From Caedibacter taeniospiralis (GTDB lineage: Bacteria > Pseudomonadota > Gammaproteobacteria > Francisellales > Francisellaceae), in assembly GCF_002803295.2 (NCBI RefSeq), contig NZ_PGGB02000006.1, positions 43,418-65,224 of the forward strand: 21,807 bases of DNA, read 5' to 3'. A program made the translations under genes and the position numbers. Positions 16,542-21,807 of this stretch are shown in pieces. The notes beneath the pieces were generated by a model. The model ran no database searches and was not told the DNA's origin. It saw only the letters and a program-made list of their open reading frames with translations. Position 1 is the stretch's first letter. Every line of letters begins with the position of its first letter.

Positions 16542-16564
16542 AAAATGTTATAATATATCCTTTT
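16542..16564. promoter_or_regulatory. Candidate Zur box upstream of znuA: AAAATGTTATAATATATCCTTTT
   Basis: By-eye match to the published gammaproteobacterial Zur-box consensus GAAATGTTATANTATAACATTTC: the left half is near-perfect, the right half degenerate. Ends about 37 bp upstream of the znuA start. Confidence 0.65.
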
Positions 16565-16592
16565 TTATTTTTGGCAATTGTTAAGTTTCAAT

Positions 16593-16622
16593 CTGGTAGA
16601 TAAAAATGATTTATGCTAGAAT
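16593..16622 (+). promoter_or_regulatory. Tentative rpsB promoter: -10 TAGAAT (16617-16622) with GC-rich discriminator CCGCCTCGCC downstream; weak -35
   Basis: TATGCTAGAAT followed by a GC-rich tract, typical of growth-rate-regulated promoters; located in the divergent znuA/rpsB intergenic region. Confidence 0.35.
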
Positions 16623-16629
16623 CCGCCTC

Positions 16630-16797
16630 GCCTTTTGCAGGTAGTCATATTTCTCTAGTTTTGAGATATAAGGTATGCAGAAGGTTATGTTAAATGTAAA
16701 AACCACACGTTGCTCGACACACTTTTAGGGTGCCTTAGAATTCAAGGTTTAAAGGTGGGAGTGATGGCGGCTCAACCCAATATTTTGGAGAAAAATG
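16630..16797 (+). promoter_or_regulatory. Long structured 5' leader of rpsB, possible S2 autoregulatory element
   Basis: About 165 nt without a convincing ORF between the tentative promoter and the rpsB ATG; contains small hairpins (TCTC...GAGA at 16652-16666; CCAA-TATT-TTGG next to the Shine-Dalgarno). Confidence 0.35.
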
Positions 16798-17523
16798 ATG
16801 TCTTTAATGAAAGAAATGTTACAAGCGGGTGTTCACTACGGTCACCAAAAGAGATTCTGGAATCCAAAAATGAGCGAATTCATTTTTGGAATTAATCATG
16901 GAATACACATTATCAACCTGGAAAAGACGGTGCCTTTATTTCAGGACGCGATTAACTTTGTTGGAAAATCTGCTGCTAAGAACGGTAAAATTTTATTTGT
17001 TGGTACTAAGCGTCAAGCACAGGAAATCGTGGCTGAAGAAGCATCCCGTTGTGGTATGCCTTACGTTAATCACCGTTGGCTAGGTGGTATGTTGACAAAT
17101 TACAAAACGATTCGTCAATCGATCAAACGTTTGCGTGATCTTGAAAAAATGCAGGAAGAAGGTGTTTTTGAACGTGTGACAAAGAAAGAAGCGCTACAAA
17201 ATGCGCGTGAGATTGAAAAGTTAGAAAAAGCCTTGGGCGGAATCAAAGACATGGGCGGTTTGCCTGATGTGCTCGTTATTATTGATAGCAAAGAAGAGCA
17301 TATCGCCATTGAAGAAGCAAAACGTCTGGGTATTCCTGTAGTGGCTGTGGTTGACAGTAACTCAAGTCCCGATGATATTGACTACGTCATTCCTGGTAAT
17401 GATGATGCGGTCAAGGCGATTCGTTTCTACTTGAGTCAGTTTGCGAATGCCATTATTGATGCGAAAAAGACGTCACATGTTGCCGAAGAAAAGACAATTG
17501 ATGCTTCTGAGGAAGAAGCTTAA
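16798..17523 (+). CDS. rpsB: 30S ribosomal protein S2
   Basis: [49 protein letters not shown]...[19 protein letters not shown]...; second ATG of the ATGATG pair chosen (track start 16795). Confidence 0.98.
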   Translation: MSLMKEMLQAGVHYGHQKRFWNPKMSEFIFGINHGIHIINLEKTVPLFQDAINFVGKSAAKNGKILFVGTKRQAQEIVAEEASRCGMPYVNHRWLGGMLTNYKTIRQSIKRLRDLEKMQEEGVFERVTKKEALQNAREIEKLEKALGGIKDMGGLPDVLVIIDSKEEHIAIEEAKRLGIPVVAVVDSNSSPDDIDYVIPGNDDAVKAIRFYLSQFANAIIDAKKTSHVAEEKTIDASEEEA

Positions 17524-17564
17524 TCCTCTAGATTTTAATGAATTAACAATAAGGAATCTTATTA

Positions 17565-18440
17565 ATGACAGCTACTATTAGTGCTCAATTAGTAAAAGAG
17601 CTTCGTGAGCGCACAGGTGCGGGCATGATGGAGTGCAAAAAAGCGTTGACTCAAACCAATGGCGACATCGAAAAAGCGGTTGAAGAAATGCGTAAATCAG
17701 GTGCTGCCAAAGCGGATAAAAAAGCCTCTCGCGTTGCCGCTGAAGGGGTTGTGGTGATGGCGCAATCTGCTCATAGAGCGGTGATTGTTGAAATCAACTC
17801 TGAAACTGACTTTGTTGCACGTGATGAAAACTTTAAAGAATTCGCGGATGCGGTTGTTGCTGCGGTAGCGCGTTCAAATGCAAAGACACTGGAAGAAGTG
17901 CTCGCGCTTAATTTAGCTTCAGGTGAAACGATCGATGATGCACGTAGGAATTTGATTGCTAAAATCGGCGAGAACATCAATGTCCGCCGTGTTGGCGTGC
18001 TTGAGGGTGAAACTGTGGGTGTCTATAGCCACGGTGGTCGCATTGGCGTAATCGTTTCGATGAAGGGCGGTGATGAGACGCTGGCAAAAGATGTGGCTAT
18101 GCACATTGCTGCCTCTAATCCGATTGTGGTATCGCAGGATCAAGTGCCAGGTGAAATCGTTGAGAAAGAAAAAGAAATCTTTATCGCGCAAGCACGTGAA
18201 AGTGGGAAGCCTGATGAAATTATCGAAAAAATGATCGCAGGGCGCATTCGTAAGTTTTTAGATGAACAAAGCCTGGTTGGTCAGCCATTTGTGAAAAATC
18301 CTGACCAGAAGGTTGAGCAGTTACTTAAGGCAAACAATGCAAGTGTCACTGGGTTCATTCGTTTCGGAGTGGGCGAGGGCATTGAAAAAGTAGAAACTGA
18401 TTTTGCTGCTGAAGTAATGAGTCAGGTTCAAGGAGCATGA
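17565..18440 (+). CDS. tsf: Elongation factor Ts
   Basis: [42 protein letters not shown]; downstream of rpsB. Confidence 0.98.
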   Translation: MTATISAQLVKELRERTGAGMMECKKALTQTNGDIEKAVEEMRKSGAAKADKKASRVAAEGVVVMAQSAHRAVIVEINSETDFVARDENFKEFADAVVAAVARSNAKTLEEVLALNLASGETIDDARRNLIAKIGENINVRRVGVLEGETVGVYSHGGRIGVIVSMKGGDETLAKDVAMHIAASNPIVVSQDQVPGEIVEKEKEIFIAQARESGKPDEIIEKMIAGRIRKFLDEQSLVGQPFVKNPDQKVEQLLKANNASVTGFIRFGVGEGIEKVETDFAAEVMSQVQGA

Positions 18441-19162
18441 TGCTGATGTCACACCCAAAACTTAAGCGAATTTTGATTAAACTCAGCGGAGAGTCGCTGT
18501 CAACCGATGGCTTTGGTATCCAGGTTGACGCAATTAAAGCAGTGGTTGACGATCTAAAAGAGGTGCTTAAACAGGGTGTGCAAGTAGCGATAGTCATTGG
18601 CGGTGGCAATATTCTAAGGGGTGGGCGTGCAAATTTTCAAGATCAAGTTAAAAGAAGTACAGCCGATACCATGGGTATGCTTGCGACGATGATTAATGCG
18701 CTGGCATTATCAGATATACTAAGTCATGCAGGCATGGATAATGAGGTGCTTTCGGCGCGTGGTATTGATGGGGTGTTTACAGTATCAAATCCAAAACTAG
18801 CCAAGCGTTATTTGACCGAGGGAAAGGTTGTCATTTTTGCGGGAGGCACAGGTAATCCTTTTGTCACTACAGATACTACCGCAACTTTGAGAGCTGCGGA
18901 AATAGAGGCTGATGCTATTTTGAAAGTCACCACGGTGGATGGCGTTTATGACAAGGACCCCAATAAGCATAGTGATGCTACCAAGTTTGATGTTTTAAGC
19001 TTTAACGATGCTTTATCAAGAGAGTTAGCCGTGATGGATCTGGGTGCATTTGTGCAGGCGCGCGATTTTAATATTCCTATTTGCGTATTTAATTTGAGTC
19101 ATACAGGTGCGCTCAAACGTGTGCTCGATGGGGAATCAACAGGGACCTGGGTTAGAAATTAG
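18437..19162 (+). CDS. pyrH: UMP kinase
   Basis: [56 protein letters not shown]; ATGA overlap with tsf. Confidence 0.97.
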   Translation: MMLMSHPKLKRILIKLSGESLSTDGFGIQVDAIKAVVDDLKEVLKQGVQVAIVIGGGNILRGGRANFQDQVKRSTADTMGMLATMINALALSDILSHAGMDNEVLSARGIDGVFTVSNPKLAKRYLTEGKVVIFAGGTGNPFVTTDTTATLRAAEIEADAILKVTTVDGVYDKDPNKHSDATKFDVLSFNDALSRELAVMDLGAFVQARDFNIPICVFNLSHTGALKRVLDGESTGTWVRN

Positions 19163-19171
19163 GAGTTAAAA

Positions 19172-19729
19172 ATGATTAAAACAATTTTAGCCGATGCCAA
19201 AGATCGCATGGAAAAGAGCCTGGAAAGCTTGCGCCATGATTTGGCAAAAATTAGAACGGGACGCGCACACCCTGATCTATTAGCGCATATCAATATTGAC
19301 TACTATGGTATAGAAACCCCTATTTCACAGGCGGCGAATATCAACGTATTGGATGCACGTACTTTGGGTATTACGCCATGGGAGAAAGGTTTGGCAGCAA
19401 AAATCGAAAAAGCAATTTTGATGTCTGATTTGGGACTAAATCCCGCTAATCTTGGAGATAGTTTACGTATTCCCATGCCAGCACTTAATGAAGAGCGCCG
19501 CAGAGAACTGGTCAAATTAGTGCGGAATGAAGCAGAAAAGGGGCGTGTTGCTATTCGTAATATTCGTCGAGATGCCAACTCAGATATTAAAGATTTGTTA
19601 AAAGAGAAAGAAATTTCTGAGGATGATGCTAAAAAAGCAGAAGACAGTATTCAAAAAATAACCAATGATATGATTGCTAAAGCCGACGCAGCAGTGCAGG
19701 AAAAAGAACAAGATTTAATGGAAATCTAA
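19172..19729 (+). CDS. frr: Ribosome recycling factor
   Basis: [36 protein letters not shown]...[34 protein letters not shown]. Confidence 0.98.
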   Translation: MIKTILADAKDRMEKSLESLRHDLAKIRTGRAHPDLLAHINIDYYGIETPISQAANINVLDARTLGITPWEKGLAAKIEKAILMSDLGLNPANLGDSLRIPMPALNEERRRELVKLVRNEAEKGRVAIRNIRRDANSDIKDLLKEKEISEDDAKKAEDSIQKITNDMIAKADAAVQEKEQDLMEI

Positions 19730-19735
19730 AGCTTT

Positions 19736-20467
19736 ATGTCAACTCATCGCTTGCCTAAGCATGTTGCTATTATCATGGATGGGAATGGACGCTGGGCAAA
19801 AAAACGACTCTTCCCTCGGACTTCGGGGCATAAAGCGGCAGTAAAAAGTGTGCGCGCAGCGATTGAGTTTGCTGTTGAGAAAGGGGTTGATATATTAACA
19901 CTTTTTGCCTTTGGACGTGAAAATTGGCAGCGTCCTCAAGAGGAAGTTGAGACATTGATGGGGCTGTTTTCGGAAGTCCTGGTCAGTGAGATCTCTATGA
20001 TGCAAAACAATAATGTCAAACTTAGTATAGTAGGAGACCGCAGTAGACTGCCCACTCAAGTGAAAAGTAATATTCATCAGGCTGAGAGCCAAACCGCGCA
20101 TTGTACAGGGTTGCAGTTAAACGTGGCAATTGACTACAGTGGGCAATGGGAAGTCGTGGCAGCAGCAAAAAGAATAGCAGAGGCTATTCAAAACAAGCAG
20201 ATTGAATTAGATGATTTAACAGAGGAACAGTTTCAACAATATTTAATTAAGGAAATTCAAACACCAGTGGATTTATTAATCCGCACCAGTGGTGAAAAGC
20301 GAATAAGTAACTTTATGATTTGGCAGCTATCTTATGCTGAGTTATACTTCTGCCAAAAATACTGGCCAGATTTTTCTAAAAAAGATTTTCAGCTGGCTTT
20401 GGATGAGTATCAAAAGCGAATCAGGCGATTTGGCAAAACGGATGAGCAATTAGAGGGTAGAACGTGA
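19736..20467 (+). CDS. uppS: Undecaprenyl diphosphate synthase (isoprenyl transferase)
   Basis: LPKHVAIIMDGNGRWAKKR...GHKAAVKSVRAAIEFAVEKGVDILTLFAFGRENWQRPQEEV...DLLIRTSGEKRISNFMIWQLSYAELYF. Confidence 0.97.
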   Translation: MSTHRLPKHVAIIMDGNGRWAKKRLFPRTSGHKAAVKSVRAAIEFAVEKGVDILTLFAFGRENWQRPQEEVETLMGLFSEVLVSEISMMQNNNVKLSIVGDRSRLPTQVKSNIHQAESQTAHCTGLQLNVAIDYSGQWEVVAAAKRIAEAIQNKQIELDDLTEEQFQQYLIKEIQTPVDLLIRTSGEKRISNFMIWQLSYAELYFCQKYWPDFSKKDFQLALDEYQKRIRRFGKTDEQLEGRT

Positions 20468-21261
20468 AGGAACGAATTATCACAGGGGTTATTTTAGGTC
20501 TTGTTGTTTTATGGGCGATATTTAGGCTAAGTGATGTAATATTTGACGGTGCTGTTGCGATTATTTTGCTATTTGCGGCTTGGGAGTGGGCTGCACTTGC
20601 CAATGCAAAAAATCTGATAGCGCGAGTCATTTATTTGCTGGTGACAATGTTACTCATTTACCTGTCGCAGTATTTCCAATTAATGACATTGATTGTGTCA
20701 CTATTATTCTGGCTGTTTGCTTTTTATCTTGTGCTGCGATACCCCAATGTGCGCTTTAAAGCGATGTCAGCTAGTGCGCGCTACATCATGGGTTTTCTTG
20801 TAATTGTTCCATTATGGGTATCAGTAGCATTGCTGCATCAGCAAAAGCCATCACTGCTGTTATTGATGATGTTAGTAGTAACACTTGCAGACAGTGGTGC
20901 TTATTTTGTTGGGCGGCAATATGGCAAGAAAAAGCTGGCTCCCATCATCAGTCCCAAGAAAACCATTGAAGGTTTGGTTGGCGGTGCGATATTTGGAGGT
21001 CTGGCGGGTGTCGTCTGTGCTTTGGTGATCAGCCATAGTCGTTTCGAGCAGACTGTGCTGATTATTTTATCTTTCGCTATCGTGATGGTGGCGCTTTTGG
21101 GCGACCTGTTTGAAAGTATGATCAAACGCGAGTGTGGTGTTAAGGATAGCGGCACGATTCTACCAGGGCACGGTGGCATACTGGATAGAATGGATAGTTT
21201 ATTTTCAAGTTTTCCAATTTTTGTGTTGGCTCTATTAGCGTCTGGATTGTTAGCGATTTAA
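20464..21261 (+). CDS. cdsA: Phosphatidate cytidylyltransferase (CDP-diglyceride synthase)
   Basis: Multi-TM protein with C-terminal CdsA signature SxxKRxxxxKDxGxxxPGHGGxxDRxD: 'ESMIKRECGVKDSGTILPGHGGILDRMDSLFSSFPIF'. GTG start overlapping the uppS stop by 4 bp. Confidence 0.96.
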   Translation: MKERIITGVILGLVVLWAIFRLSDVIFDGAVAIILLFAAWEWAALANAKNLIARVIYLLVTMLLIYLSQYFQLMTLIVSLLFWLFAFYLVLRYPNVRFKAMSASARYIMGFLVIVPLWVSVALLHQQKPSLLLLMMLVVTLADSGAYFVGRQYGKKKLAPIISPKKTIEGLVGGAIFGGLAGVVCALVISHSRFEQTVLIILSFAIVMVALLGDLFESMIKRECGVKDSGTILPGHGGILDRMDSLFSSFPIFVLALLASGLLAI

Positions 21262-21272
21262 TGTTTCTGTTG

Positions 21273-21297
21273 ACCTAAATGGCTTTAGACCTTAGGT
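21273..21297. repeat. Small inverted repeats just downstream of cdsA: ACCTAA...TTAGGT (21273-21278/21292-21297), alternative CTAAA-TGGC-TTTAG (21275-21288)
   Basis: Read directly from sequence; no poly-T tail, so not called a terminator. Confidence 0.4.
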
Positions 21298-21372
21298 GGG
21301 GGTGCACGCCTAGCCCAGCCCAGTAAGCGTAGGGCTTTGAAGTAGTCAGGAAAATATTGGATAGCAGTTAGA

Positions 21373-21807
21373 ATGAGTAAGAAGAAAGACCTAAACAGAC
21401 CAAAATACGATGAATTTGCCAAATTCAACCTTGAGCAAAGAGATATTGCCGAGGAATTAATAAGGCGCCTTTTACCGCAAGAGTTAGCTAATCTTGCTGA
21501 GTTTGATAAAATGCAGCTGGAGCCAAGTGAGCATATTGATCCTGAGCTTAGAAAATTAATCAGTGATGTGCTTTGGAGTGTGCCGATTAAAGGCAAACGT
21601 GCTTATATATATTTTCTCGTCGAGCATGAGAGTGGACTCAAAGAACATGATCTTTTGCCCTTTAGATTTCATAAGTATGTGATTAGGATTATGGAAAAGC
21701 ATTTAGCCAAGGGTAATGAGAAGCTTCCTATCGTAATACCGATCTTGCTTTATCATGGCACCAAGGAAAAATACCCGCATAGTGTCAGTATTTTTGATTG
21801 CTTTGAA
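21373..21807 (+). CDS. N-terminal part (open at window edge) of an Rpn / YhgA-like recombination-promoting nuclease/putative transposase (PD-(D/E)XK)
   Basis: Translation from ATG 21373: MSKKKDLNRPKYDEFAKFNLEQRDIAEELIRRLLPQELANLAEFDKMQLEPSEHIDPELRKLISDVLWSVPIKGKRAYIYFLVEHESGLKEHDLLPFRFHKYVIRIMEKHLAKGNEKLPIVIPILLYHGTKEKYPHSVSIFDCFE. 'SDVLW...YIYFLVEHES...P.R...Y...I' and 'LPIVIPILLYHG' are hallmarks of this family. Missing from the ORF track because it lacks an in-window stop. Confidence 0.85.
   Translation, partial: MSKKKDLNRPKYDEFAKFNLEQRDIAEELIRRLLPQELANLAEFDKMQLEPSEHIDPELRKLISDVLWSVPIKGKRAYIYFLVEHESGLKEHDLLPFRFHKYVIRIMEKHLAKGNEKLPIVIPILLYHGTKEKYPHSVSIFDCFE

Noticed and set aside
16710-16895. 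61-aa ORF overlapping the rpsB leader and 5' end as a leader peptide
   Set aside because: Out of frame with rpsB, covers the conserved rpsB N-terminus, and has no convincing RBS; leader regulation is more likely RNA-structural.
17771-19955. Antisense ORFs within tsf, pyrH, frr and uppS
   Set aside because: All lie opposite strongly conserved essential genes and show no domain signature.
12425-21350. Shared 10-mer AGTAGTCAGG at 12425-12434 and 21341-21350, both in gaps near possible breakpoints
   Set aside because: A single 10-bp match followed by AT-rich sequence is expected by chance when comparing all positions in about 22 kb; the inverted arm is absent at the second site.
21285-21596. 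103-aa minus-strand ORF downstream of cdsA
   Set aside because: Antisense to the clearly conserved Rpn-like ORF at 21373; the C-terminal RRAPPPKV is just the GC-rich tract translated.
1-21807. CRISPR arrays, tRNA/rRNA genes, integron attC sites, complete IS elements, retron or prophage signatures
   Set aside because: Scanning by eye for regularly spaced repeats, tRNA cloverleaf ends, transposases with terminal inverted repeats and reverse transcriptases found nothing supportable. tRNAscan-SE, Infernal and ISfinder would be decisive but could not be run.

Overview
The window is a gammaproteobacterial-type chromosome segment of about 21.8 kb. It falls into two parts. (A) Left end, about 1-5.7 kb: a patchwork of accessory genes. 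These are a truncated AAA-ATPase-like/PD-(D/E)XK ORF running off the left edge, a DUF4143-type ATPase, a VOC-fold protein and an APH-like phosphotransferase in overlapping reading frames, a MazE/MazF-type toxin-antitoxin pair with a perfect inverted repeat over its probable promoter, a class I SAM methyltransferase, and an OXA-type class D beta-lactamase. (B) About 5.7-21.3 kb: conserved housekeeping genes. These are yggX, a small lipoprotein, mnmG, lptB-rsmH-ftsL-ftsI (a truncated dcw cluster), ald, znuA-znuC-znuB-zur with a good candidate Zur box, and rpsB-tsf-pyrH-frr-uppS-cdsA. The right edge carries an open-ended Rpn/YhgA-like nuclease ORF that the supplied ORF track does not list. I found no CRISPR array, tRNA, rRNA or intact IS element. 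No clearly new system is demonstrable. The best candidates for follow-up are the overlapping DUF4143-ATPase/VOC/APH cassette with its upstream palindrome, the mazEF operator, the Zur box, the rpsB leader and the rearranged dcw neighbourhood. All family assignments come from recognising motifs by eye, not from database searches.
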